Notes: generated by a model not told the origin, from the letters alone. Positions 28,227-38,935 are shown, counted from the stretch's first letter. The stretch: 64,000 nt of DNA from an uncultured delta proteobacterium (GCA_963711565.1 CAVQEQ010000003.1:32001-96000); one strand, 5' to 3'. Numbers and translations are program-made.

Positions 28227-29472
28227 CTGCGGGTTCGAATCGCGTCAGCGGAATCAACAGCGCAAAAGACGCCAGCGCGACCACAAATGCGGCGGCAATC
28301 GCGACGCGGTAGCTGCCGGTGCGATCGATGATCAATCCCACCAGCGGAGGACCAGCCATCGCGCCAATTCCACCGCTGGTGTAGAGCACGCCGAGCAGCG
28401 AGCCCATCCGCTGAGTGCCAAACAGATGAGCAATCACGGCGGGTGAGAGCGCGACATAGCCGCCGTAGCCCGCGCCCATCACTAGTGCGAACGCCACCAT
28501 CATTGGATATGAAGCCGCGATCAGCCAAAGGCCGTAGCTGAGCGCGAGCACCAGAAAGCTGGCCTGGTAGAGGCGCACCACTCCCACGCGATCGGCCAGG
28601 CTGCCCAAGCCCATGCGTCCCGCGACACTCGCGCCGCCGATGACGCCGACAAGCGCGGCGCTGGCAAACTCGCTCGCACCGTGGTCGCGCGCGAACGACG
28701 GCAAATAGACAAGCGGCACGAAGATCACTGTCGAGACCGTCACCGACGATGTGTAGAGAAAGGCGAAGGCTGGACTGCGAACCACGTCGGCGAGCCGGAC
28801 GCGCGACGGCGTCACGTGGACGGGAGGACGCTCGACGATCCACGCGCAGCCGAGCAGGATCGCCGTGGTCGCAATCGCAAACGCGACGTACGTCGCACGC
28901 CATCCGAGATGCGCGATCAAGGCGGCGGCGATCGGCGCGCCGCATACCGTGCCGAATCCGATTCCCGCCACTGCTATTCCAAGTGCGGTGTTGCGCCGCC
29001 GAAGGAACCATCCGCCGACCACCGCAACCATTGGAACGTATGCGCACGCGACTCCGACGCCGACGCCGAGTCCGTAACTCAGGTAGCCGAGCCAGAGACG
29101 ATCGATCACGGACGTCAGTGCGAGACCGAGTCCCATGAACAGCGCTCCCGTGGCGACTACGATTCGCGGGCCGAAGCGATCGGAGAGATGGCCGGTGATG
29201 GGACCGAGGCAGCACCAGATCAACACCGTGATCGAGAATACCGCCGAGGTCGCGCTGCGATCCGCGCCGAACTCCGCCGCCATCGGTTTGAAAAATGCGC
29301 CGAAGCTGTAGGCGACGCCGTACACCGCGCACATCGCGACGAATGCGGCCGCGACCATCCGCCACGCGCGCGGAGAATCGAACAGCTCGAGCGACGGGAT
29401 CGGCTCGCGCGATTCCGCCGCGCCGGATACTCCCGCGTCAGTGATGACGGCCCTCATGCTCGAGCGCGACAC
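28198..29472 (-). CDS. MFS transporter (MCT/OFA-like)
   Basis: About 12 TM segments; [10 protein letters not shown] motif A; [11 protein letters not shown]. Confidence 0.92.
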   Translation of the reverse strand: MSRSSMRAVITDAGVSGAAESREPIPSLELFDSPRAWRMVAAAFVAMCAVYGVAYSFGAFFKPMAAEFGADRSATSAVFSITVLIWCCLGPITGHLSDRFGPRIVVATGALFMGLGLALTSVIDRLWLGYLSYGLGVGVGVACAYVPMVAVVGGWFLRRRNTALGIAVAGIGFGTVCGAPIAAALIAHLGWRATYVAFAIATTAILLGCAWIVERPPVHVTPSRVRLADVVRSPAFAFLYTSSVTVSTVIFVPLVYLPSFARDHGASEFASAALVGVIGGASVAGRMGLGSLADRVGVVRLYQASFLVLALSYGLWLIAASYPMMVAFALVMGAGYGGYVALSPAVIAHLFGTQRMGSLLGVLYTSGGIGAMAGPPLVGLIIDRTGSYRVAIAAAFVVALASFALLIPLTRFEPAATRSSAAID

Positions 29473-30328
29473 GCGCCGCCTTCAGCTCTTTGCGCTTGGC
29501 GCGGTCGACGATCGGGTAGTGGAGATTCAAATCCTCGAGTGCGTCGACAATCGCGGCGGACACGACCAGGCGCGTGTACCATTTGTTGTCCGCGGGCACG
29601 ACGTACCAGGGCGCGTGCGGAGTCGCGGTGTGCTGGATCATTTCCTCATAGGCGATCATGTAGTCCGGCCAGTGCTCTCGTTCCGCAACGTCGGAGGCCG
29701 AAAATTTCCAGTTCTTGGCGGGCTCATCGAGTCGTTTCAGGAAGCGCTTCTTCTGTTCCTCTTTCGATAAGTTCAGAAAAAACTTGCGGATAACGACGCC
29801 GTTGCGCGACAGGTAATGCTCGTGCGCGTTGATATCGGCGAACCGTTCGTTCCAGATGTTCTTGGTGACCAGTGACGGCGGCATCCGTTCGCGCTCGAGC
29901 ATCTCCTTGTGCACGCGGACGATGAGCACCTCTTCGTAGTAGGAGCGGTTGAAGATTCCGATTCGGCCGCGCTCGGGGATGCACTTGTTGGCCCGCCACA
30001 TGTAGTCGTGATCGAGCTCCTCAACGGATGGCTGCTTGAAGGAGAAGACCTGACATCCCTGCGGATTGACCCCCGACATCACGTGCTTGATCGCGCCGTC
30101 CTTGCCGGCCGCATCCATCGCCTGGAAGATCAGAAGGATCGCCCACCGATCCTGCGCGTAGAGCTTGTCCTGCAAATCGCTCAGCTGCTCGACCCCGCGC
30201 GGCAATTCCTTTTCAGCGACCCTCTTCGATTTCACACCGCTGCTATCACCGGGATCGAAATCCTTCAGTCGAAACTTGCGGCCGTTGTCAACGCGATATC
30301 GTTTTGACAAATCCCTCGAGACTGACAT
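29438..30328 (-). CDS. ppk2: Polyphosphate kinase 2 family protein
   Basis: [35 protein letters not shown]. Confidence 0.93.
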   Translation of the reverse strand: MSVSRDLSKRYRVDNGRKFRLKDFDPGDSSGVKSKRVAEKELPRGVEQLSDLQDKLYAQDRWAILLIFQAMDAAGKDGAIKHVMSGVNPQGCQVFSFKQPSVEELDHDYMWRANKCIPERGRIGIFNRSYYEEVLIVRVHKEMLERERMPPSLVTKNIWNERFADINAHEHYLSRNGVVIRKFFLNLSKEEQKKRFLKRLDEPAKNWKFSASDVAEREHWPDYMIAYEEMIQHTATPHAPWYVVPADNKWYTRLVVSAAIVDALEDLNLHYPIVDRAKRKELKAARVALEHEGRHH

Positions 30329-30448
30329 CTTGGATGCGCCCTCCCGTTTGGTCCCGCTCGATCGTTACACTACGCCGCGCACAACAGTCGAGCGCAGCCG
30401 GGCGGCGCAACTTTCAATTCACAATCGATTTGCGATACTCCGTTTAGC

Positions 30449-30949
30449 ATGAAGATTAAAATTACCGCCCGGCCAATCCTCCCCGCCATCATACTCATGC
30501 TCGCGCTCGCAAACGGACCGGCGCTGGCTGGAACCGTGAACTGCGATTCATACGGTGGCGCGCGCAATACGTGCGGAGCGGACACCCGCAACGGTGTCGC
30601 ACTCGCGCACCAACTGAGCGGAGCCAAGTGCAAGATGGGAGTGAGCTGGGGCGTTCAGGACAACAACCGGATCTGGGTCGATCAAGGATGCCGCGGAATA
30701 TTCACTACCGGCGTGATGTGGTCGAACAACGGAGGAGGAGGTGGTGGCGGTGGCGGTGGCGGTCAGCGGTTGACGTGCGCGTCATACAGCAATCGCAGGA
30801 CCGAATGCCCCGCCAACACCGGCGGCCGAGTCAGCCTGACCCGCCAATGGAGCAACGCCCCCTGCATCCAGGGTATGAGCTGGGGCTACAACAACAGAAT
30901 GGTATGGGTAGATCGCGGCTGCCGCGCCGACTTCCAGTTCGGGAACTGA
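30449..30949 (+). CDS. Secreted DUF3011 protein (two repeats, poly-Gly linker)
   Basis: Two C.S...C...QxS...C...SWG...WVD.GCR..F repeats. Confidence 0.85.
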   Translation: MKIKITARPILPAIILMLALANGPALAGTVNCDSYGGARNTCGADTRNGVALAHQLSGAKCKMGVSWGVQDNNRIWVDQGCRGIFTTGVMWSNNGGGGGGGGGGGQRLTCASYSNRRTECPANTGGRVSLTRQWSNAPCIQGMSWGYNNRMVWVDRGCRADFQFGN

Positions 30950-30950
30950 G

Positions 30951-31027
30951 TGGTGCGCCATGAGGGACTTGAACCCCCGACCTGATGATCCGTAGTCATC
31001 CGCTCTAATCCACTGAGCTAATGGCGC
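30951..31027 (-). tRNA. tRNA-Arg (ACG)
   Basis: GCGCCATTAGCTCAGTGGATTAGAGCGGATGACT-ACG-GATCATCAGGTCGGGGGTTCAAGTCCCTCATGGCGCACCA. Confidence 0.96.
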
Positions 31028-31087
31028 ATCTGAACCCTAGAAATTTTCACATCGCGCGCCAGCGAGCAAGCCGCTTGCCTTTGACTC

Positions 31088-31176
31088 AACAAAACGGGCC
31101 AGCGGAGAGCAGTTTCCGCTGGCCCGTACTGACTGGTCTGGAGAAGTGACAAACCAGCCAGTTCTACTGTAGGTAG
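31088..31176 (-). ncRNA. Candidate small RNA (short hairpin, 13-bp hairpin with CU-rich loop, intrinsic terminator)
   Basis: Minus strand: ACTGGCTGGTTTG-TCACTTCTC-CAGACCAGTCAGT, then ACGGGCCAGCGGA-N8-TCCGCTGGCCCGT-TTTGTT; TGGACA-N17-TATGAA upstream. Confidence 0.5.
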
Positions 31177-31241
31177 CTGTTTCATACAAAAATGCCGCGC
31201 GTATGTCCACCCCTGAACGCTCTCAGGAGTGAGTAAGGGAA

Positions 31242-32642
31242 TCACCCCTGCGCGGCTGGAATCCAGACCGACACCGTCGTGCCTTCATGCACCTTGCTCT
31301 CGATCCGCAGCGCGCCGTGATGCAACTGCACGATATGCTTGACGATCGCCAGCCCCAGCCCGGTGCCGCCGAGCTCGCGCGAGCGTGCGCGATCGACGCG
31401 ATAGAATCGCTCCGTCAGACGCGGGATGTCCGCGGCTGGAATTCCCTCGCCCGTGTCCACGACCACCAGCGCGACGCCCGGCTTTGCCCCCGCGCCGTTG
31501 GACTCCGCGACTTCGCGCGCCTCTACGGTGACGCGCCCCTCGCGCGGCGTGTACTTGATCGCGTTGTCGATCAGATTGAGCATCACCTGGTGCAAGCGGT
31601 CGCGATCGCCGGCCACCTTCGGCAACCCCGGCGGGCAATTCACTTCGAGGCGCAGGCCACGCCGTCCCGCCTGCTCCTGCATCAGCTCAGCCGCTTCGGA
31701 CAGTACGCGCGACGGCTCGAGCTGCTCGATCTTGAGCGGCGTCAGCCCGCGCTCCAAATCCGAGAGCGAGACCAGGTCGTCGAGCAAGCGCGCGAGGCGT
31801 CGCGCCTGCCGCTCGATGATGCCGAGAAAGCGCGTCGAGGTCTCGCGATCGTCCACGCCTTGAATGAGAGTCTCGGCGTAGCCGTACAGTGCGCTCAGCG
31901 GCGTGCGCAACTCGTGCGTGAGATTCGAAATGAAATCGGCGCGCAGCGTCTCGTAAGACTTGAGCTGCGTGATGTCGTGAAAAACGAAGACCCACGCCGC
32001 ACCGCGCGACGTACGAATCTGCGCCGCACTCGCGCTGACGTGGAGCGGCGTTGGATTCTGAATCATGATTTCCGCGCTCATGACCTGGTTGTCGGTGGAC
32101 CGCATCGAGCGCCCGGCAAACTCCTGCAGGCGCGGGTCGCGGCACAGCTCGACGAACGGCCGATCGCGATAGTCCGTATCGGCCCCCAGAGCGAAGATAC
32201 GCCGCGCCGCACCGTTGAGCAGGATCACTTCGCCGCGCGCGCCCGTCACGACCACCGCTTCCGCCATGCTGCGGAGGATCGCCTCAAACTCGTCGCGCTG
32301 CTCAGCCAGCGAATCCACGTCGGCCACGATCGAGTCGGCGGCGTCGAGCAAATGATGCTCCGCCCGGCCCATCGGGTCGCTGCCGTCGGGCAGCAGATGC
32401 GGCGGCGGACGCCTGCCCTGCAGCGCGGTGGCGACGGCGTCGAGTCTCTCCGCGCGGCGCGAGAGCGCGCGTGCAATTGCATTGGCGGGAATCGCGCCGA
32501 GCGCGAGCCCGAGCACGATTACGACGACGACCCACACAGGCGACGCCGCTCCGGTGGCGGCAAGTACTACAAGGAATATCGCGGCGGGCGCGAGACCGAT
32601 TCCTATCGCTACGAACAGTCCGGCGGTCGGCGATCTATCCAA
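31242..32642 (-). CDS. phoR: Phosphate regulon sensor histidine kinase
   Basis: PAS domain; THELRTPL H-box; NLIDNAIKY; FYRVDRARSRELGGTGLGLAIVKH. Confidence 0.93.
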   Translation of the reverse strand: MDRSPTAGLFVAIGIGLAPAAIFLVVLAATGAASPVWVVVVIVLGLALGAIPANAIARALSRRAERLDAVATALQGRRPPPHLLPDGSDPMGRAEHHLLDAADSIVADVDSLAEQRDEFEAILRSMAEAVVVTGARGEVILLNGAARRIFALGADTDYRDRPFVELCRDPRLQEFAGRSMRSTDNQVMSAEIMIQNPTPLHVSASAAQIRTSRGAAWVFVFHDITQLKSYETLRADFISNLTHELRTPLSALYGYAETLIQGVDDRETSTRFLGIIERQARRLARLLDDLVSLSDLERGLTPLKIEQLEPSRVLSEAAELMQEQAGRRGLRLEVNCPPGLPKVAGDRDRLHQVMLNLIDNAIKYTPREGRVTVEAREVAESNGAGAKPGVALVVVDTGEGIPAADIPRLTERFYRVDRARSRELGGTGLGLAIVKHIVQLHHGALRIESKVHEGTTVSVWIPAAQG

Positions 32643-33396
32643 GCGCTTCGGGGTTGAAGCGATATCCCACGCTTCGCACCGTGAGGATCAATTCCGGATT
32701 GGCGTCATCGCGCTCGATATGCTGGCGGAGGCGGCGGACGTGCACGTCAACGGTCCGCGGTTCGACGAACGTGTCGCGGCCCCACACCATATCGAGCAGT
32801 TGTTCACGCGTGTACACCCGCATCGGATGCTGCACGAAAAATTTCAGCAGTTCGAACTCGCGCAGCGCCAGCTCCCGGCGCTTGTCCTCGACGAATACCT
32901 GGTAGGTGCCGAAGTCCATCCGCAGGCGGCCCTTCTCATACGCACCGCCGCCTGAGTCCGGCTCTGAGAGCGGATTGGCGCGCCGCAGCAGCGCCTTGAC
33001 CCGCGCGACCAGCTCGCGCGGGCTGAATGGCTTGACCACGTAATCGTCGGCGCCCATCTCCAGCCCCAGCACTTTGTCCACTTCGGTGCCCTTGGCGGTG
33101 ACGATAAGTATCGGCAGATGCGTGGTCTCGCGCTCGGCGCGCATCTGGCGACATACCTGCAAGCCCGGCATCCCCGGCAGCATCAGGTCGAGCACCATCA
33201 GATCGGGCACGCGGCGCTTGACCTTCTCGAGCGCCTGCGCGCCGTCGACCGCCTCTTCGACGACGAACCCCTCTTGCGCGAGGTTGTAACGGATCAGCTC
33301 GCGGATGTCGGCGTCGTCCTCGACGATCAGGACGCGGTACCGAAGTCCGCGTTGCGCCTCCGATGTCGCGCTAATGGCTTGGCTGGTTTGATTCAT
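32635..33396 (-). CDS. phoB: Phosphate regulon response regulator
   Basis: Receiver domain plus OmpR wHTH; RTVDVHVRRLR; in pst/phoU operon. Confidence 0.9.
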   Translation of the reverse strand: MNQTSQAISATSEAQRGLRYRVLIVEDDADIRELIRYNLAQEGFVVEEAVDGAQALEKVKRRVPDLMVLDLMLPGMPGLQVCRQMRAERETTHLPILIVTAKGTEVDKVLGLEMGADDYVVKPFSPRELVARVKALLRRANPLSEPDSGGGAYEKGRLRMDFGTYQVFVEDKRRELALREFELLKFFVQHPMRVYTREQLLDMVWGRDTFVEPRTVDVHVRRLRQHIERDDANPELILTVRSVGYRFNPEALG

Positions 33397-33421
33397 CGGC
33401 TCCCCACCTCCACCTTGTAAA

Positions 33422-34117
33422 TCAAGTTCCCCGCTTCTTGGTTTCTACGTGACGGATCATTTTGCCCTTGACCATGAACGTCACCATCTCCGCGATATTG
33501 GTCGCGTGATCCGCAATCCGCTCGAGATACTTCGACACGAACAGCAGCCGCGTTGCCGACGCGATCGTATGCGGATCCTCGGCCATGTAGCTCAACAGCT
33601 CGCGATACACCTGGTAGTTGAGCAAATCGACTTCGTCGTCGCGCGCGATCACCTGGTCGGCCAGGTCGGTGTCGTCGCGCATGAACGCGTCGATACTGTC
33701 CTTGACCATCGACTGCGCTATCTCCGCCATCCGCGGCAAATCGATGTAGGGCTTAAGTTGCGGCACTTCGTTCAGCTCGAGCGTGCGCTCGCAGATATTG
33801 ACGGCGTTGTCGCCGATTCGTTCGAGGTCGGTGGTGATTTTCAATCCCGTCGTGATGAAGCGCAAGTCGCTGGCGGTCGGCTGATGCAGCGCGAGCAGCC
33901 GGATGCACTGCTCGTCGTTATCGTTGTCCATCCGGTTCACTTCTTCGTCGCGCGCGATCACCTCGCGCGCGTGCTCGCTGTCGCGATTGACCAGCGCGTC
34001 AACTGCTTCCGCGATTTGTCGCTCGACCAGTCCGCCCATCTTGAGCAGACCGGCGCGCAAGCCGCGCAAATCCTCTTCGTACTGCCTGTTGGTATGCTGC
34101 GGCTGTGTACTATCCAT
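33422..34117 (-). CDS. phoU: Phosphate signalling protein PhoU
   Basis: QPTASDLRF, DLERIGD, LERIADHATNIAE. Confidence 0.96.
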   Translation of the reverse strand: MDSTQPQHTNRQYEEDLRGLRAGLLKMGGLVERQIAEAVDALVNRDSEHAREVIARDEEVNRMDNDNDEQCIRLLALHQPTASDLRFITTGLKITTDLERIGDNAVNICERTLELNEVPQLKPYIDLPRMAEIAQSMVKDSIDAFMRDDTDLADQVIARDDEVDLLNYQVYRELLSYMAEDPHTIASATRLLFVSKYLERIADHATNIAEMVTFMVKGKMIRHVETKKRGT

Positions 34118-34133
34118 TTTCCTTTCCCCGAGA

Positions 34134-34895
34134 TCAGCCGAATCGCCCGGTGATATAGTCCTCGGTCTCACGCTTGGTGGGGTTCGTGAAGATCTGCTTG
34201 GTCTCGCCGTACTCGATCAGGTCGCCGGTGTACATGAAGGCCGTCATATCTGAGCAGCGTGCGGCTTGCTGCATGTTGTGCGTCACGATGACGATAGTGT
34301 ACGCCGACTTCAGTTCGAGCAGAAGTTCCTCGATGCGCGCGGTCGAGATCGGATCGAGTGCCGAGCACGGCTCGTCCATCAGCAACACCTCGGGCTGGAC
34401 CGCGAGCGCGCGCGCGACGCACAAGCGCTGCTGCTGTCCGCCCGACAAGCTGCCGCCCGGACGCCGCAGGCGATCCTTCACTTCTTCCCACAGCGCTGCC
34501 TGGCGCAGGCTTCGCTCGATTATCGCATCGCGCTCGGCGCGGCCCACCTGTACGCCGTTGAGGGTCAGCCCCGCCGCGACGTTGTCCTCGATCGACATGG
34601 TCGGGAACGGAGTCGGCTTCTGGAACACCATCCCGATTCGCCGCCGCACCTGCACCGGATCGACCTCGTCGTCGTAGATGTTGTTGCCGTCGAGCAGCAC
34701 CTCGCCGGTCGCGGTCGCACCGGGCACGACCTCGTGCATCCGGTTGAGGCATCGCACCAGCGTCGATTTGCCGCATCCCGAAGGGCCGATGATCGCGGCG
34801 ATACGGTCTTCCTCGAACGACAGGCTCACGTCTTTGAGCGCGCGGTTCTTGTGGAAGTAGGCGCTGAGATTCTTTACGACCAGCTTTTCAGCCAT
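34134..34895 (-). CDS. pstB: Phosphate ABC transporter ATP-binding protein
   Basis: [38 protein letters not shown]. Confidence 0.97.
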   Translation of the reverse strand: MAEKLVVKNLSAYFHKNRALKDVSLSFEEDRIAAIIGPSGCGKSTLVRCLNRMHEVVPGATATGEVLLDGNNIYDDEVDPVQVRRRIGMVFQKPTPFPTMSIEDNVAAGLTLNGVQVGRAERDAIIERSLRQAALWEEVKDRLRRPGGSLSGGQQQRLCVARALAVQPEVLLMDEPCSALDPISTARIEELLLELKSAYTIVIVTHNMQQAARCSDMTAFMYTGDLIEYGETKQIFTNPTKRETEDYITGRFG

Positions 34896-34897
34896 GG

Positions 34898-35773
34898 CTA
34901 CCTTGGCGCTTTCGCCGCCCCGCCCGTCACCCACCGCACGCCCAACTCGAGCGCAAGGATTATCGCCGTCAGTACCAGCGCACCGGCCCACGCCTGCCGC
35001 TGCCAATCCGCAAACGGCGAAATCGCATACGTGTAAACCTGCACCGTCAGCGTGTTGATCGGATGAAACAGCAACGTCGACCAGAACCGGTTGCCGAAAG
35101 CCGTGAACAGCAGCGGCGCTGTCTCGCCCGACACTCGCGCTACTGCCAGGATAACGCCGGTGGTGATCCCCGACAGCGCCGTCCGCGCGACCACTGATAG
35201 CGTCGTACGCCAGTTCGGCACGCCTAGCGCCAAGGAAGCCTCGCGCAACTCAGGCGGCACCAGCAGCACCATCTCTTCGGTCGTGCGCGTGACAAGCGGG
35301 ATCATGATCGCCGCGAGCGCGACCGAACCAGCCAGCGTCGAGAACCCGCCGAATGGCCGCACGATGACCGCATACGCAAAGATTCCTACTACGATCGACG
35401 GAACGCCCATCAGCACATCCGCCGCGAAGCGCACCCAGTTGGTGAACTGGCTCGCGCGATTCGCCGCCAGATAAAGGCCCGCACCGACTCCGATAGGCAC
35501 TCCAATCAGGCACGCGATTCCCACCACTTCGAGCGTGCCGACGATCGCGTTAGCCATGCCGCCGCCCTTTTCGCCGACCGGCGCGGGCATGTGCGTAAAG
35601 AACGCCCAGTTCAAACTTGCGACACCCTTCGTGAGCAGGTAGCCGAGCACAAGGAACAGCGGTATCAGCGTCACGATCGTCGCGCCGACCGTGACCGCCA
35701 TCATCGCGTCGCTCTTGAACTTGCGGTAGCGATAGTTGGTCTCGCCGTGAAGAGTGGTGACGCCGGCAGCCAT
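34898..35773 (-). CDS. pstA: Phosphate ABC transporter permease PstA
   Basis: [27 protein letters not shown]; true start ATG 35773. Confidence 0.95.
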   Translation of the reverse strand: MAAGVTTLHGETNYRYRKFKSDAMMAVTVGATIVTLIPLFLVLGYLLTKGVASLNWAFFTHMPAPVGEKGGGMANAIVGTLEVVGIACLIGVPIGVGAGLYLAANRASQFTNWVRFAADVLMGVPSIVVGIFAYAVIVRPFGGFSTLAGSVALAAIMIPLVTRTTEEMVLLVPPELREASLALGVPNWRTTLSVVARTALSGITTGVILAVARVSGETAPLLFTAFGNRFWSTLLFHPINTLTVQVYTYAISPFADWQRQAWAGALVLTAIILALELGVRWVTGGAAKAPR

Positions 35774-36750
35774 TATTTGCCCGTCTCCTGATAGCGGCGC
35801 CGCTGCACTCCAAGCACCAGCGCGCGCGCCACGACGTTGAGCACGATTCCGAGAATCAGCAGCACCAGTCCCAGCTCGATCAGCGCCGCAACATACAGAT
35901 CGGAGGTGGCCTCCGCGAATTCGTTGGCGATCACGCTGGCGAGCGTCGCCGCAGGCTTGAACAGCGACGCCGAAATATCCGCAGAATTGCCGATTACCAT
36001 CGCGACCGCGATCGTCTCGCCGAGCGCGCGCCCAAGGCCCAGGATGATCGCGCCGATTACGCCGGTCATCCCGTACGGAATCACCGCCGTCTTCACCATC
36101 TCCCACTTGGTCGCGCCGAGCGCGAGCGCCGCCTCGCGTTGCGTATGCGGCACGACGCGAAACACGTCGGTGCACACCGACGAAATGTACGGGATGATCA
36201 TGATCGCGAGAATGACTCCCGCCGAGAGCATGCCGACCGCCACCTTCGGCCCCTGGAAGAAAGGCAGCCAGCCGAAGTAATGCGCCAGCGGCGGCTCGAC
36301 GTAGTCGCGAATCCACGGACCCATCACGAACACGGCCCACAGGCCGTACACGACGCTCGGAATCGCGGCCAGCAGATCGACCAGGAAGCCCAGCCGATGG
36401 CTCAGCCAGTCGGGCGCCATCTCGCTCAGGCATAGCGCCACGCCAAGGCTCAGCGGCACCGCGACCGCCAGCGCGATAAACGATGAAACGAAAGTTCCGT
36501 AGATAAACGGCAGCGCGCCGTACTGATCGTTGACGGGATCCCAGTCCGTGCTGACGAAGAAATGAAGCCCGAATGCGCGAATCGCGGGGAAGCTGTCGGC
36601 AATCAGAGCAATTGCAAGTCCGAACAGCAATGCGAGAATCGAAAGTGCCAGGATGAATGTCGCAGTGTTGAAGATTCGATCGCCGAACAGGCGCACGTGC
36701 ACGGGCGCCATCGTGCGCTCGCGCCGCACCGTCGGAATACTGTCGGCCAT
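35773..36750 (-). CDS. pstC: Phosphate ABC transporter permease PstC
   Basis: LLAAIPSVVYGLW, EAALALGATKWE, GRALGETIAV. Confidence 0.95.
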   Translation of the reverse strand: MADSIPTVRRERTMAPVHVRLFGDRIFNTATFILALSILALLFGLAIALIADSFPAIRAFGLHFFVSTDWDPVNDQYGALPFIYGTFVSSFIALAVAVPLSLGVALCLSEMAPDWLSHRLGFLVDLLAAIPSVVYGLWAVFVMGPWIRDYVEPPLAHYFGWLPFFQGPKVAVGMLSAGVILAIMIIPYISSVCTDVFRVVPHTQREAALALGATKWEMVKTAVIPYGMTGVIGAIILGLGRALGETIAVAMVIGNSADISASLFKPAATLASVIANEFAEATSDLYVAALIELGLVLLILGIVLNVVARALVLGVQRRRYQETGK

Positions 36751-36851
36751 CGAACCTTCTAATTCGGACAAGCGATCTCTTCCTGCAGAATTTCTTTGCG
36801 CACTCACGCCGAGCCGTCCGCAACGTCGCGACCGGACCATCCGTCGCGTAA

Positions 36852-36885
36852 ATCATACGCATCAATTGTTGCGGGAATGTTACGA
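36852..36885 (-). promoter_or_regulatory. Pho-box promoter of pstC
   Basis: Minus strand TCGTAAC-ATTC-CCGCAAC-N10-TATGAT: 7-4-7 direct repeat located 10 nt before the -10. Confidence 0.6.
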
Positions 36886-36941
36886 AGCCCAAAAATCGCG
36901 ATGAACCCGCGAATTTAAGGCGAAATCACGGTATAAATACC

Positions 36942-37022
36942 GGGTGCAGAGCCTGTCCTGAGCAAAGCCGAAGGAGGTCACCCCTGCCGAGGAAGCGTGA
37001 AACCCACGGTGGGTTTCACATT
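36942..37022. repeat. Palindromic intergenic repeat, copy 1 (with internal 25-nt insertion)
   Basis: GGGTGCAG[AGCCTGTCCTGAGCAAAGCCGAAGG]AGGTCACCCCTGCCGAGGAAGCGTGAAACCCACGGTGGGTTTCACATT. Confidence 0.85.
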
Positions 37023-38337
37023 AGATTTTCCGAATCCGTTCCATCCCCCCCATGTAAGGCCGCAGAACCTCAGGAATCGTCACACTGCCGTCTTCATTCT
37101 GATAATTCTCCAGCACCGCGATCATGGTGCGCGGCAGCGCCAGCCCGGACCCATTCAACGTATGCACCAGCTCGGGCTTGCCCCCTTTCGTCTTGAAACG
37201 AATCTTAGCGCGACGCGCCTGGAAATCTGTGCAATTGGAAACCGAGCTGACCTCGAGCCACTCGCCGCACCCGGGCGCCCACATTTCCAGATCGTAAGTG
37301 ACGGCGCTCGCGAAGCTCAGATCCGCCGTGCACAGCTCGACGACGCGAAACGGAATCTGCAGCCGCCGGCATATCTCCGACGCATCGTTCACCATCTTAT
37401 GAAACTCGTCGTCCGAGGTTTCCGGACGCACCAGCTTCACCATCTCGACCTTATCGAACTGATGCCCGCGTTTGATTCCGCGCACGTCGCGCCCCGCCGA
37501 CATCTTCTCGCGCCGAAAACACGGTGTGTACGCGGTCATATAAATGGGTAGTACGCTCTCGTCGAGCGTCTCGTCGCGATGCAGGCTCGTCAGCGGAACC
37601 TCGGCAGTCGGGATAAACCAGAAATCATCCTCGTCGTCGTGGTACATCGTGTCCGCGTTCTTCGGCAGATGCCCAGTGCTCGTGGCAGTCTCGCGGCTCA
37701 CCATCAGCGGCGGAATTATTTCGAGATAACCCTGCTCGCGCTTGACGTCGAGCATCCAGGTAATCAGCGCGCGCTGAAGCCGCGCACCCGCGCCGCTCAA
37801 TACGTAGAAGCGCGTCCCCGACAGCTTCACCCCGCGATCGAAATCGATGATTCCAAGATTCTCGCCAAGCTCCCAATGCGGCAGCGGCTTGAACGAGGTG
37901 AACTCAAGCGGCGTCCCCTCGGTCTTGATAACGCGATTGTCAGCCTCGCTAGCGCCGACGACAACGTACGACCGCGGAATATTCGGCAGCGTAAGCGATA
38001 ACTGCTCGACGTTCTTCTCAACGACACCAAGTTGCTTGGCGAGGTCCAGCACCGGATTGCCGCTTTCGACCGCCTCGCCCTTGCCGAGCCTCTCTTCATC
38101 CGCTTCCTCTGCGCGAATTCTGGCTATCTCGGCGGCACGATCGGTTGGCGGCAATCTGCCCACCTCTTTGGAACGTCGCTTGCGGTCGGCGCGCAGTTGG
38201 TCCAACTGGCCCTGAACCTTTCGGCGCATCAGGTCAGCCTCAAGCAGCCGATCGACTTCCGCGGGATCGACTCCCCGCTTGGCCAGTTCGCCCTTCACAA
38301 AATCGGGCCGTTCACGAATCAGCTTGATATCCAGCAT
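37021..38337 (-). CDS. serS: Serine--tRNA ligase
   Basis: MLDIKLIR, IPTAEVP, PCFRRE, RGHQFDKVE, EVSSVSNCTDFQARR, HTLNGSGLA. Confidence 0.98.
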   Translation of the reverse strand: MLDIKLIRERPDFVKGELAKRGVDPAEVDRLLEADLMRRKVQGQLDQLRADRKRRSKEVGRLPPTDRAAEIARIRAEEADEERLGKGEAVESGNPVLDLAKQLGVVEKNVEQLSLTLPNIPRSYVVVGASEADNRVIKTEGTPLEFTSFKPLPHWELGENLGIIDFDRGVKLSGTRFYVLSGAGARLQRALITWMLDVKREQGYLEIIPPLMVSRETATSTGHLPKNADTMYHDDEDDFWFIPTAEVPLTSLHRDETLDESVLPIYMTAYTPCFRREKMSAGRDVRGIKRGHQFDKVEMVKLVRPETSDDEFHKMVNDASEICRRLQIPFRVVELCTADLSFASAVTYDLEMWAPGCGEWLEVSSVSNCTDFQARRAKIRFKTKGGKPELVHTLNGSGLALPRTMIAVLENYQNEDGSVTIPEVLRPYMGGMERIRKI

Positions 38338-38739
38338 TCAGAATGCGTTCCTCAGCAGTTCAATCTCCAGCCGCTTGCCCGACGCGTCAACCGCGACGAT
38401 GTCGAAGCGCATCTCGGTCTCGTCCGCACGATAGCGCTTCGCAAAGACTTCCGCCGCGCGCCGCATGCGTGCCTGCTTGCGCTCGTCAACGGCTTCCTCG
38501 GGCGCACCTGCCGCGCGGCTGCGCCGCGTCTTCACCTCGACGAACACCAGCGTATCGCCGTCCATCGCGACGAGATCGATCTCCGCTCCCGCCGCGCGAA
38601 AGTTCCTCGCGACGATCCGGTAGCCGATTCGCCGCAGATGCTTCTCAGCGGCGCGCTCACCACGACGGCCAAGCGGAAGCTGCGCCCGAAGCGCTCGCAA
38701 CCACCCGACGGCCCGGTCAATCGACTCGCGCGGACTCAT
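38338..38739 (-). CDS. yraN: YraN family protein
   Basis: LGRRGE, RNFR, EIDLVA, LVFVEVKTR, RFDIV. Confidence 0.93.
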   Translation of the reverse strand: MSPRESIDRAVGWLRALRAQLPLGRRGERAAEKHLRRIGYRIVARNFRAAGAEIDLVAMDGDTLVFVEVKTRRSRAAGAPEEAVDERKQARMRRAAEVFAKRYRADETEMRFDIVAVDASGKRLEIELLRNAF

Positions 38740-38835
38740 CTTATCCAACGCGCCCCCATCCCCGCGAGGCTAGAAGGCTGGACCAGCCGCCGCAACCATC
38801 TCCCCCACCTGGCACCCTCCTAATCCGGAGAGGAC

Positions 38836-38935
38836 CGCGGGCACGGCGGCCCGCGCCACTGCACCCCTACGGCCCGCGACACTTCAACGGCCGGCAGATT
38901 CGGTTGATTTAGTGGCGCGGGCGGCCCTGCCCGCG
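38836..38935. repeat. Inverted pair of REP-like elements (REPIN-like)
   Basis: GTGG-CGCGGGC-N6-GCCCGCG on minus strand (38836-38859) and plus strand (38912-38935). Confidence 0.7.

Noticed and set aside
30731-30763. GGN trinucleotide run as a contingency repeat
   Set aside because: Mixed GGA/GGT/GGC codons encode an in-frame poly-Gly linker between DUF3011 repeats
12525-31027. Region between the two tRNA-Arg genes as a genomic island
   Set aside because: The tRNAs are different complete isoacceptors rather than att duplicates, and the interval holds housekeeping genes (ilvD, ppk2) with normal composition
34898-36892. 664-aa ORF as a PstC-PstA fusion
   Set aside because: The upstream extension is an off-frame reading of pstC; PstA starts at 35773
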